Source of the DNA: Gemmatimonadaceae bacterium
Lineage (GTDB): Bacteria > Gemmatimonadota > Gemmatimonadetes > Gemmatimonadales > Gemmatimonadaceae
NCBI GenBank assembly: GCA_039928585.1
Contig: JBDSSY010000034.1
Coordinates: forward strand, 1 to 57,921
Direction of reading: 5' to 3'
DNA length: 57,921 nucleotides
Position 1 is the first letter of the stretch; each line of letters starts with the position of its first letter. Shown one piece after another: positions 28,644 through 37,344 of the stretch. The notes beneath the pieces were generated by a model that had not been told where the DNA came from, made no database searches, and saw only the letters and a program-made list of their open reading frames with translations. The translations under genes and the position numbers were made by a program.

Positions 28644-29852
28644 ATGATCGTGCTCGCGCTCAATACGGGATCGAGCAGCGTGAAGGCAGCGCTCTACGAT
28701 GTGACAGCGCTGACCGAACAGGGAAGCACACCCCTGAAGCCGCTCTGGCTCGGGGAGCAGAACGCGGATGAGTCGGTCGAAGATCTGGTGAGATCCCTGT
28801 GCCGGGGCGACACGCCGACGCTGCCCAGCCTGGACGCGATCGACATCGCTGGCCATCGCATCGTGCACGGCGGCGCGACGCTGGTGGAGAGTGTGCGCGT
28901 GACGGCTGACGTTCGCTCCACGATCGAGCGCGCATCGGAGCATGCGCCGGAGCACAACGCGCGTGCCCTTCAGGCGCTCGGCGAAGTCTCGCGGCTGCTC
29001 GGATCCCGTGTGCCGCAGGTTGCCGTGTTCGACACCGCGTTTCACGTCACGCTGCCGCCGGCCGCCTATACGTATGCCGGCCCGTTCGAGTGGCTCGCGC
29101 GCGGTATTCGCCGCTTCGGCTTCCACGGCATCAGCCATCGGTATGCCGCGCATCGCGTCGCGCACCTGCTGCGGCGAGACGTCGGCGCCCTTCGCGTGGT
29201 GACCTGCCACCTGGGCGGTGGATGCTCGCTCGCCGCCGTGCACGATGGGCGCTCAGTGAATACGACGATGGGATTCACACCACTCGACGGCGTGGCGATG
29301 AGTCGCCGGTCAGGTGCCATCGACCCCGGCATTCTCATTCATCTGCTCCGGCACGAAGGTCACACCGCTGATTCGCTGGATCGACTGCTCAATCACGACT
29401 CTGGTCTGGCGGGGCTGAGCGGCACCAGCGGCGACATGCGCGACGTGCTGTCGGCGATGGATTCAGGCGACGAGCGCGCACGGCTCGCCGTCGACGTGTA
29501 TGTCCACCACATCCGGCAGGCGATTGCCGCGATGGCCGCGAGCATGAACGGACTCGACGCGCTCGTCTTCACCGGTGGCGTGGGAGAGCACGCGCCCCGT
29601 GTTCGTGCCGCGATCTGCGAAGGACTCGCTTTTCTCGGCATCGATCTCGACTTCGCGACCAACGCGCGGATCACGACAGATGCGGTCTGCTCGGCGTACG
29701 ATGCGACGGTCGCGGTGCTCGTCGTGCATGCGGAAGAGAATTGGGCCGTTGCTCAGGAGTGCCTGAAGGTGACATCCCACGAAAGCGGCCGACGAGTCCG
29801 CCCACGTGTGTCCTCGAACGATCATTCACACGAACCCGGACAGCGTACATGA
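28644..29852 (+). CDS. ackA: acetate kinase
   Basis: ORF 28575..29852. I start at MIVLALNTGSSSVKAALY. Motifs seen: GHRIVHGG, VFDTAFH and RRFGFHGISH. There is a roughly 25-aa non-conserved C-terminal tail. Confidence 0.92.
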   Translation: MIVLALNTGSSSVKAALYDVTALTEQGSTPLKPLWLGEQNADESVEDLVRSLCRGDTPTLPSLDAIDIAGHRIVHGGATLVESVRVTADVRSTIERASEHAPEHNARALQALGEVSRLLGSRVPQVAVFDTAFHVTLPPAAYTYAGPFEWLARGIRRFGFHGISHRYAAHRVAHLLRRDVGALRVVTCHLGGGCSLAAVHDGRSVNTTMGFTPLDGVAMSRRSGAIDPGILIHLLRHEGHTADSLDRLLNHDSGLAGLSGTSGDMRDVLSAMDSGDERARLAVDVYVHHIRQAIAAMAASMNGLDALVFTGGVGEHAPRVRAAICEGLAFLGIDLDFATNARITTDAVCSAYDATVAVLVVHAEENWAVAQECLKVTSHESGRRVRPRVSSNDHSHEPGQRT

Positions 29853-30949
29853 TCTCTGCTCGAAGCGTAGTTCGCTGCGCGCGCATGTCGTATCGTGCGT
29901 CGGCCATCGGCGTCGCCCTGCTCGCGATGCCGTTCGCCGCGCCCCGCGCGCGCGCGCAGGAGCCGGTGGCGTGGACGCACCCGCTCGTGTTTTCCACCTT
30001 CTCCATCGCCGCCATCGATCCACGCACTGGCGAAAGCGGCGTCGCCGTGACGACGCGCGTGCCGTGCGTGGGGAACGGCGTGCCCTGGGTGCGGGCTGGC
30101 GTCGGCGCCGTGGCCACGCAGGCGAACACGCGCACCGAGTACGGCACCGGCCTGCTCGATCTCATGGCAACCGGGCTGTCGCCGGATTCGGCGCTTCGGC
30201 GGATGCTCGCCGCGGATACCGGTAGCGCGAGCCGGCAGGTCGGCGTCATCGGAATGGATGGGCGATCGGCGACGCATACCGGCACCGGCACGACGCAGTG
30301 GGCGGGTGGACGGCAGGGCCGGAACTACGTCACGCAGGGAAACCTGCTCGTCTCGGGCGCGACGATCGACGCGGTGGCAGCGAGCTTCGAGGCGTCGGAG
30401 GGCGCACCGCGACATCTCGCCGATCGACTCATCGATGCGATCGCGGCAGGTCATGCCGCTGGCGGTGATGCGCGTAAGGGTCGATCGCAGTCCGCGGCAG
30501 TCATCATTGCCGATCCGCGGCCAGGCCGCTCGCGACGGCCCGACAAGGTGACGGCGTTCATCAACGTGTGCGAGCACGTCGAGCCGGTGGCCGAAATGCG
30601 GCGGATCTACAACGCGATTTCGCAGACGCTCGGCTACCGCGAGCTGCAGTCGTTCAACGGAAACGACGTGTGGCAACTCAAGGTGATGCTCCACGCGCTG
30701 GGATTCTACCGGCCAGCCGTGACGGGTCAGTTGGTGCGCGACTCGGTTGCGACGGACTACTCGGCGGAGACGATCGCAGCGGTGGACGCATTCCGCGCGT
30801 CGGAGCAACTCGCCGGACCACGCCTCGGATCACCCGCTGGCCTGGTGGATCGTGAAACGGTGGAGCGGCTCTGGGCCGCGCTGACCCGCGCCGGAAAGGC
30901 TGAATCGGTCCGCCGCGACCTGATGGATATCACCGCAGTGAGAAGATGA
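29849..30949 (+). CDS. DUF1028 (Ntn-hydrolase-like) secreted protein with a C-terminal peptidoglycan-binding-like domain
   Basis: ORF 29741..30949. The signal peptide ..MSYRASAIGVALLAMPFAAPRARAQ is followed by TFSIAAIDPRTGESGVAVTT (DUF1028 N-terminal nucleophile context). The C-terminus GNDVWQLKVMLHALGFY...AVDAFRASEQL is PG_binding_1-like. ATG 29849 overlaps the ackA TGA (ATGA). ATG 29885 is an alternative start. Confidence 0.78.
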   Translation: MISARSVVRCARMSYRASAIGVALLAMPFAAPRARAQEPVAWTHPLVFSTFSIAAIDPRTGESGVAVTTRVPCVGNGVPWVRAGVGAVATQANTRTEYGTGLLDLMATGLSPDSALRRMLAADTGSASRQVGVIGMDGRSATHTGTGTTQWAGGRQGRNYVTQGNLLVSGATIDAVAASFEASEGAPRHLADRLIDAIAAGHAAGGDARKGRSQSAAVIIADPRPGRSRRPDKVTAFINVCEHVEPVAEMRRIYNAISQTLGYRELQSFNGNDVWQLKVMLHALGFYRPAVTGQLVRDSVATDYSAETIAAVDAFRASEQLAGPRLGSPAGLVDRETVERLWAALTRAGKAESVRRDLMDITAVRR

Positions 30950-32526
30950 TTTTGATGCGACAGTTACGCACGTCGTGGCTCGTGGCCAGCGTCGCCCTCG
31001 CTCTCACGGCGACGACGGCGCGGACGCAGGTCGCTCGCACCGCCAGTTCGCCGCGTCTCGCCAGGCTCACCGCGGCACTGCCCGAGATCGATCGCGTGAT
31101 GTCCACGTTCGCGGCCAACGCGAAGGTGCCCGGCATCGCGTACGGCATCGTCGTCGACGGGCGCGTGATGCACATCGGGGTGGCCGGCGTCCGAAACGTC
31201 GCGATGAACGCACCGGTCGATACCGGCACCGTGTTCCGCATCGCCTCGATGACCAAGAGCTTCACGGCGCTTTCCATTCTCAAGCTGCGCGACGACGGCA
31301 AGCTGTCGCTCGATGATCCGGCGGAGAAGTTCGTGCCGGAGCTCGCGCAACTCCGATACCCGACGTCGGATTCGCCGAAGCTCACCATCCGCCATCTCCT
31401 CTCGCACTCCGCCGGATTCCCGGAAGACAATCCGTGGGGCGACCAGCAGCTCGCCGCCACCGATGCCGAGATGTCGGAGATGATGCGGCGCGGCATTCCG
31501 TTCTCGACGTCGCCCGGCACGAGCTACGAGTACTCGAACTTCGGCTTTGCGATTCTCGGACGCATCGTCGCCAACGTCTCGCACATGCCGTACACCCGCT
31601 ACGTCCGCGAACAGGTGCTCCTGCCGCTCGGCATGACATCCACCACACTCCAGGCACGTGACCTCCCAGCCAGTCGCCTCGCACTCGGGTATCGCCGGCA
31701 GGACGGACGATGGCTCGAAGAACCGCAGCTTCCCGACGGTGCGTTCGGTGCCATGGGCGGCATGCTCACCTCCGTGAGCGATCTCGGGAAGTGGGTGGCC
31801 TTCATGCTCGACGCATGGCCACCCCGAGACGGGGCAGAGCGTGGGCCGGTCCGTCGCGCGTCGGTGCGCGAGATGCAGCAGGTCGTCCGCTTCAACGGGG
31901 CCTCGGCGATCCGCGACACCACGAACGGCTCCGTGTCGCTCAGCGCGGGCGGGTACGGCTTCGGACTCGGCGTGCGTCAGACCTGCCTGTTCCCCACCAT
32001 CGTCGCACACAGCGGTGGACTGCCGGGATTCGGTTCGATCATGCGCTGGTTGCCGGAGTATGGCGTCGGCATCGTCGCGCTTGGCAATCTCACGTACACG
32101 GGATGGGGCGGCCCCACGACGCAGGCGCTCGAGGCGCTCGCGCGCAGCGGTGGCCTCGTGCAGCGCGAGCCGGCACCGGCGTCCATTCTCGTGGAGCGCC
32201 GAACGCAGGTCGCGCGCCTGGTGACGCAGTGGAACGATCGGCTGGCCGACAGCATTGCCGCGATGAACCTCTTTCTCGACGAATCGAAGGCACGACGGCA
32301 CGCGTCGATGGACGCCGTGCGTGCGGCTGCGGGATCGGACTGTCGTACCGAGGGACCCTTCGTTGTGGAGAATGCGCTGCGTGGGCGATGGCGCATGCGG
32401 TGTCGCGACGGGGATTTGCGCGTCAGCATCACCCTCGCGCCGACCGAGCCCGCGGGTGTGCAGTTTCTGGAAGTCGCGCCGATGCGGCGCGAGGAAAGCC
32501 TGGCGGCCGGTCCGGTGTGCAGGTGA
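30946..32526 (+). CDS. serine hydrolase, beta-lactamase / class C PBP-like family
   Basis: 526 aa. It has a signal peptide and the SxxK motif in FRIASMTKSFTA, plus HLLSHSAGF, then HSGGLPGF. ATG 30946 overlaps the upstream TGA (ATGA). Confidence 0.85.
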   Translation: MILMRQLRTSWLVASVALALTATTARTQVARTASSPRLARLTAALPEIDRVMSTFAANAKVPGIAYGIVVDGRVMHIGVAGVRNVAMNAPVDTGTVFRIASMTKSFTALSILKLRDDGKLSLDDPAEKFVPELAQLRYPTSDSPKLTIRHLLSHSAGFPEDNPWGDQQLAATDAEMSEMMRRGIPFSTSPGTSYEYSNFGFAILGRIVANVSHMPYTRYVREQVLLPLGMTSTTLQARDLPASRLALGYRRQDGRWLEEPQLPDGAFGAMGGMLTSVSDLGKWVAFMLDAWPPRDGAERGPVRRASVREMQQVVRFNGASAIRDTTNGSVSLSAGGYGFGLGVRQTCLFPTIVAHSGGLPGFGSIMRWLPEYGVGIVALGNLTYTGWGGPTTQALEALARSGGLVQREPAPASILVERRTQVARLVTQWNDRLADSIAAMNLFLDESKARRHASMDAVRAAAGSDCRTEGPFVVENALRGRWRMRCRDGDLRVSITLAPTEPAGVQFLEVAPMRREESLAAGPVCR

Positions 32527-32615
32527 ACGGTGCACGCGGTGCCGACCGACGCGGTTTGCCAGCAGGCCGCAGTGAGCGCATGTTCGATGCTCCCTGTATC
32601 GGAGCCCGTTTTTCC

Positions 32616-33224
32616 ATGCGCCGCCTCACTGTTTGCCTGGCCCTCGCTGCCCTGCCCGCATCGCTCGGTGCCCAGGGTTCGTCATCGTCGGCGAACGCTG
32701 CCTCGTTGACGGAGGCGCAGCAGATCGCGTCCGCCGTGCTCCCGCTCCCTGCGGAGTTTCGCGCCGATGCGCGCGTGCTTGGCTATCGGGACGGTGGACG
32801 AAGCCTTGTCAGCCTCCGCAACGCCAGCGGAGCCTTCGTCTGCCTGGCGAGCGATCCGGCGGCCGAGCGCTTTCACGTGGCGTGCTATCACCGGTCGCTC
32901 GAGCCGTTCATGGCACGTGGCCGCTCGTTGCGGGCAGGAGGCGTGAAGGGTGACCAGGTTGATACGGCGCGCTTCGCCGAGATACGAAAGGGAACGCTGG
33001 CCATGCCGAAGCAACCGGCCGCGCTATATTCGCTCACCGGTCCGGTGGGGAGCTACGACGCCACGACGAACTCCGTCTCCGGAGCGCGCGCCCTCAACGT
33101 CATCTACATCGCCGGTGCCACGTCGGCGTCGACGGGACTCTCGGTCGCGCCGGCGCAGGGTACGCCCTGGCTCATGTTTCCGGGGACGCCAAAGGCGCAC
33201 ATCATGCTCGTGCCGAAGATGTGA
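32616..33224 (+). CDS. hypothetical secreted protein
   Basis: This is the C-terminal part of track ORF 31710..33224, starting at MRRLTVCLALAALPASLGAQG (signal peptide). GGAG lies upstream. Third codon positions are GC-rich. I recognise no family. Confidence 0.65.
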   Translation: MRRLTVCLALAALPASLGAQGSSSSANAASLTEAQQIASAVLPLPAEFRADARVLGYRDGGRSLVSLRNASGAFVCLASDPAAERFHVACYHRSLEPFMARGRSLRAGGVKGDQVDTARFAEIRKGTLAMPKQPAALYSLTGPVGSYDATTNSVSGARALNVIYIAGATSASTGLSVAPAQGTPWLMFPGTPKAHIMLVPKM

Positions 33225-33346
33225 GTTGGTGGGTGCCTGCCTGACAGGTCGTGCGCGTTCGAGCATTGCTGGATGAATCCGCAAGGCTGTCTGGTGACGT
33301 ACTCAGCAGGTAGGCCGTTCCATCGTGGTCCCCCGAGCGTCACGAC

Positions 33347-33664
33347 ATGTCTACATCGTCATCCAGCATGAAGAAGCTCGCCGGCTACAATCTGGCCGCG
33401 CCTACGGAGGCCGACTCCATCGCAGCGCTGGAACGCGTGTTCGGCGCGGTGCGCGGGCGGGCGGTATGGTCGGATGCGTGCGCCATGGCGGGCGTGGCAC
33501 CCGGCGCGGCTCACCCTGGCGCTCCGCTCGCACGAGTGACGCAGGCGCTCGCTGCACAAGGCGGTGCCGCCGCCACGATCGCCCGATCCATCGAGATTCG
33601 TGCGCGTACGTACACGCAGATCGCGGCGCGTCAGTCTGCACCGAGCACCGGAGCCAGGTCATGA
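33347..33664 (+). CDS. hypothetical small protein (105 aa)
   Basis: ORF with GC-rich third positions. Its TGA overlaps the ATG of the GAF gene (ATGA). An alternative start is MKKLAGY at 33368. I recognise no family. Confidence 0.5.
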   Translation: MSTSSSSMKKLAGYNLAAPTEADSIAALERVFGAVRGRAVWSDACAMAGVAPGAAHPGAPLARVTQALAAQGGAAATIARSIEIRARTYTQIAARQSAPSTGARS

Positions 33665-34173
33665 CCATGCCGACGCACGATGCACTGCACGATGCCGCTC
33701 GGCTCCAGGAGATCGCGGATCTCGGGCTGCTCTCATCCGATGTGGATCCCATTCTCCAGGATGTTGCCGCACGCGCTTCGGCGCACCTGAAGCTGCCCGT
33801 CTCGCTCGTGAGTGTCGTGCTCGACGAGGCGTTGCACGTCGCGGCCTCGCACGGCATCACCGGCATGTGGCTCGACGAGGCGGGCGGACATCCCGTGGAG
33901 TGGTCGTTCTGCGCCACGTCCGTGCGCACACGCGATGCATTCACCGTGGAGAACGCCGCCGTGCATCCGGATCATCGCACGAATCCGCTCGTGACCCAGG
34001 ACGGCGTGCGATGCTATGCCGGAGTGCCGCTCATCTCGTCGCGCGGATTCGTGCTCGGCAACCTGTGTGTGGTGGGCATGGAGGAGCGCACGTTCTCGGA
34101 GGATGAAATGGCGACGTTGCGCGCGCTCGGGGCGGAAGCGGTTCGGCGGATCGAGGAACGGCGCATCGGGTAA
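33661..34173 (+). CDS. stand-alone GAF domain protein
   Basis: This is the C-terminal part of track ORF 33325..34173, starting at MTMPTHDALHDAARLQEIADLGLL. The pattern LKLPVSLVSVVLD..., SFCATSV, NPLVTQDGVRCYAGVPL and GNLCVVG is typical of sensory GAF domains. Confidence 0.8.
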   Translation: MTMPTHDALHDAARLQEIADLGLLSSDVDPILQDVAARASAHLKLPVSLVSVVLDEALHVAASHGITGMWLDEAGGHPVEWSFCATSVRTRDAFTVENAAVHPDHRTNPLVTQDGVRCYAGVPLISSRGFVLGNLCVVGMEERTFSEDEMATLRALGAEAVRRIEERRIG

Positions 34174-34236
34174 CGATGGCCTGGCCACTCGCGCGCGTTG
34201 CCACGCACGCCACGATGCCGTAACATCTGCCGCGTC

Positions 34237-35286
34237 ATGAAGCGCCTCATCCTCTGCTGCGACGGCACCTGGAACAGCGCCGACCAGGTGAAGAACGGCA
34301 CGCCCTGCCCCACGAACGTGCTGAAGCTCGCGTATCGCATCGCGAAGCGCGACGCGACGGGGATGCCGCAGATCGTCCACTACGATCAGGGCGTCGGCAC
34401 CGGCAACTCGCTCGACCGGCTCACCGGCGGCGCGTTCGGCGAGGGGCTCGAGGACAACATCTATCGCGCCTATCGCTTCCTCATCGCCAACTATGAGCCG
34501 GGTGACGAGATCTGGCTGTTCGGGTTCAGCCGCGGGGCATTCACCGCGCGGAGCGTCGCGGGCGTCATCCGAAAGTGCGGCATCCTCTCACGCGCCGCCG
34601 TGCAGCACTACATCAAGGCGGTCGAGCTGTACAAGCTGTCCGACGTCCACCCCGACGATCCCACGGCGGTGGATTTCAGGCGCCTGTTCTCCTGTTGCGA
34701 GAACGACCCGATCAAGATCCGCTTCATCGGCGTCTGGGACACCGTCGGTGCGCTCGGCATTCCGCTACGTGGCCTGCGGTGGGTGAGCCGGCGTGATTAC
34801 ACCTTTCACGACACGGCGCTCAGCGGCACGGTCGAACTGGCGTATCACGCGCTGGCCCTCGACGAACACCGCGAACCGTTCCGGCCCTCGCTCTGGATGG
34901 AGAAGCGGAAGCCCAACCAGACGGTCGAACAGGTCTGGTTCCCCGGCGTTCACAGCGACATCGGCGGAGGATACGCGGAGTCCGCGCTCTCCGACATCAC
35001 GCTCGAGTGGATGATGAGCCGGGCGCGCGACGCCGGCCTGATGCTCGATGCCGAGGCCATCGCGGCCCATCCCCTGTCTCCCGACCCCGCCGGCGTCATC
35101 CACCACTCCAAAACGGGCTTCTACAAGCTCACACGCGGCATCGACCGCGCGATCGATACCTCCGGTACGCAGTCCGTGCATGCGAGTGCGATCGCGCGGT
35201 GGGACAACGACCCCGGCTACTGCCCCAACAATCTGCTGGCGTGGTTCAAGGAACAGAACGACGTGCGAGGCGAGCGCCGAGGCTGA
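34237..35286 (+). CDS. DUF2235 domain protein (Tle1-like alpha/beta hydrolase)
   Basis: ORF 34198..35286, starting at MKRLILCCDGTWNS. Motifs seen: HYDQGVGT, LFGFSRGAFTARS (GxSxG), FIGVWDTVGALG and HSDIGGGY. Confidence 0.85.
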   Translation: MKRLILCCDGTWNSADQVKNGTPCPTNVLKLAYRIAKRDATGMPQIVHYDQGVGTGNSLDRLTGGAFGEGLEDNIYRAYRFLIANYEPGDEIWLFGFSRGAFTARSVAGVIRKCGILSRAAVQHYIKAVELYKLSDVHPDDPTAVDFRRLFSCCENDPIKIRFIGVWDTVGALGIPLRGLRWVSRRDYTFHDTALSGTVELAYHALALDEHREPFRPSLWMEKRKPNQTVEQVWFPGVHSDIGGGYAESALSDITLEWMMSRARDAGLMLDAEAIAAHPLSPDPAGVIHHSKTGFYKLTRGIDRAIDTSGTQSVHASAIARWDNDPGYCPNNLLAWFKEQNDVRGERRG

Positions 35287-35295
35287 GCGTTCCGG

Positions 35296-35946
35296 TCACG
35301 TCGCGAAGCAGTAGAACAGGCCGTTCCCGCCGGTGGCGATCAGGTTGGCCTGGCTGCAGCCGCGCGACCCATGCGACGAGCCCCACGACGTGGGATTCTC
35401 GCCGCCGCCCTGCCGATCGTGATGGCCCACCTGCGCGCTGCCTTCGCCGCTGCTCGTCCAGTTGGAGCACGTCTTGTCGGCGCTGCCGGGAAACGCCGTG
35501 CCGTCGAGCTGCGAGCCGGTGAGAATGTCGTGCCGGTTCGGCGTATCCCCGCGTCCGTTCACGACGTCGCCACGTTCGGTGAGCGATGTGGTCTTCCCCA
35601 AGCCGGTCGTTGCGCCGTGCAGATCGGCCACATTCATCGCCACCCGCACGCCCTTCGCGTTGTACCAGGGACCGGAGCCGATGCGGTCGCGTGCATGCAT
35701 CGCTGCCTGTCCACTCGTCGCGCTCGTGCTGAGATACGCGTGCCAGGTGCGGTTCCCCTCGCCCACCGACTCGGCGAGCGAGCGACAGTGCGCGTCCGCG
35801 CCCGCCACTCCCCCCAGATCCGCTCCTCGCCCCGTGCCGGCGCTCGTGATGAAGAAGCTCATGCGCGAGCTCTCCATGCCCCCGCGCGCCGGCATCGCAC
35901 ACGCGCCCAACCCCGACAACAGTACGAGCATGGCGGACGTCTTCAT
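35296..35946 (-). CDS. secreted/lipoprotein with an endostatin-like (C-type-lectin-fold, DUF1554-like) domain
   Basis: ORF 35296..36195(-). I start at MKTSAMLVLLSGLGACA (lipobox), with GGGAGA upstream. The body FFITS..G.GADLGGVAGADAHC..LA...G....W.AYLST ... CSNWTS ... LFYCF has four Cys. See the finding for 35296-35946. Confidence 0.7.
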   Translation of the reverse strand: MKTSAMLVLLSGLGACAMPARGGMESSRMSFFITSAGTGRGADLGGVAGADAHCRSLAESVGEGNRTWHAYLSTSATSGQAAMHARDRIGSGPWYNAKGVRVAMNVADLHGATTGLGKTTSLTERGDVVNGRGDTPNRHDILTGSQLDGTAFPGSADKTCSNWTSSGEGSAQVGHHDRQGGGENPTSWGSSHGSRGCSQANLIATGGNGLFYCFAT

Positions 35947-36127
35947 TCGTCGTCTCCCTGGCTGATTGAATGCGCTCTGTGGCGGACACCACGGATACGG
36001 TGGCGCCGGTCCGGCGGACATCGGCGTCGTTCCAACGTCCGCGACGACCTGAACTCCGTCAAGGGTGCGTGACTGCACGTGGATTGCGGCCGGGCTCGGC
36101 GCGCGACCTATTACGGCAAACCTTTCC

Positions 36128-37336
36128 ATGGAGTCGCGGATGGTCGGGACAGCGGCGGTCGTCGTCATCGGTGGCGGAGTGATCGGTTCGAGCATCGCCT
36201 CGCGGCTCCGGCAGAAGCTGGGCGACGCTCGCGTCGTCGTCGTGGAGCGCGATCCGACTTACGCACGCGCGTCGTCCTGGCTCGCCACGGGTGGGATTCG
36301 ACAGCAGTTCGAATCACCGCTCAACGTCGCCATGGCGCAGTACGGTACGGCGTTCTACCGCCGCTTCGACCAGCTCACCGCCGCGTGCGGTCATCGGTCG
36401 CGTGCCTGGTTTCGGCAGCGCGGATATCTGTTTCTCGCGAATGCGTCGAATGCCGACGAGCTGGAAGCGCGATACGAGGCGCGGAAGGCGAGCGGGGCGA
36501 ACGTCGAGCGGTGGACGACACGCCAGGTCGCGAACCACGTGGACGGGCTCGCGACCGACGACATCGTGCTCGGCGTCTTCGGTCCGGACGACGGCTATCT
36601 CGATCCGCGCGAGGTGGTGACGGGGATGCAGGCGATCTCGGAGGCTACCGGCGTCGAGTTCGTGCATGGCGACGTGACCGCCGTGGAGCGTGCCGGAGGT
36701 CGCGTGTCGGGCGTACAGGTCACGACGCCCACGGGCACCCTCGAGATCACGACGCCTGTCGTGGTGAACGCAGCCGGTGCGTACGCTGCGGCGGCTGGGC
36801 ACGCAGCGGGGCTCGTGCTGCCGATCGATCCGGTGCGCCAGCACCTGTTTCGCCTGTCACTCGCCAACGAGTTGCCGAATCGTATCCCGATGATCTTCGA
36901 TCCCGACGGCACGCATTGGCGGCTCGACGACGCACGGTCGGGCGGCGACGAGGAGTGCCTCATCATCGGTCGCTCGCGCACGGACGAACCGGTCGGTGAG
37001 AACTTCACCTGCGATCCTTCGCGACTGGAGCACGAGATGCTCCCCACCTTGCGGCGCCGATTTCCTGCCGCGTGCGTACGATCCGTCGTGGACGGATGGA
37101 GCGGCCTTTACGAGATGACGCCCGACCACAACGCGTTGCTCGGCGAGCACCCCGATCTTCCCGGCTTCGTCGTGGCCGCGGGGTTCAGCGGACATGGACT
37201 GATGATGGCGCCCGCCGCCGGGCTCGCGGTGGCCGAACTCATCGTCACCGGACGAAGCAGCACATTCGACATCACTCCGCTGGCCGTCGACCGCTTTGTG
37301 CGCGGCACGCCGCTGCTCGACGGCGCACTGGTATAA
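36128..37336 (+). CDS. FAD-dependent oxidoreductase (DAO family, glycine/D-amino-acid/sarcosine oxidase-like)
   Basis: ORF 36065..37336. I start at MESRMVGTAAVVVIGGGVIGSSIASRL (GxGxxG). The C-terminus AAGFSGHGLMMAPAAG is typical of the DAO family. Confidence 0.85.
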   Translation: MESRMVGTAAVVVIGGGVIGSSIASRLRQKLGDARVVVVERDPTYARASSWLATGGIRQQFESPLNVAMAQYGTAFYRRFDQLTAACGHRSRAWFRQRGYLFLANASNADELEARYEARKASGANVERWTTRQVANHVDGLATDDIVLGVFGPDDGYLDPREVVTGMQAISEATGVEFVHGDVTAVERAGGRVSGVQVTTPTGTLEITTPVVVNAAGAYAAAAGHAAGLVLPIDPVRQHLFRLSLANELPNRIPMIFDPDGTHWRLDDARSGGDEECLIIGRSRTDEPVGENFTCDPSRLEHEMLPTLRRRFPAACVRSVVDGWSGLYEMTPDHNALLGEHPDLPGFVVAAGFSGHGLMMAPAAGLAVAELIVTGRSSTFDITPLAVDRFVRGTPLLDGALV

Positions 37337-37344
37337 GTTTGCGC

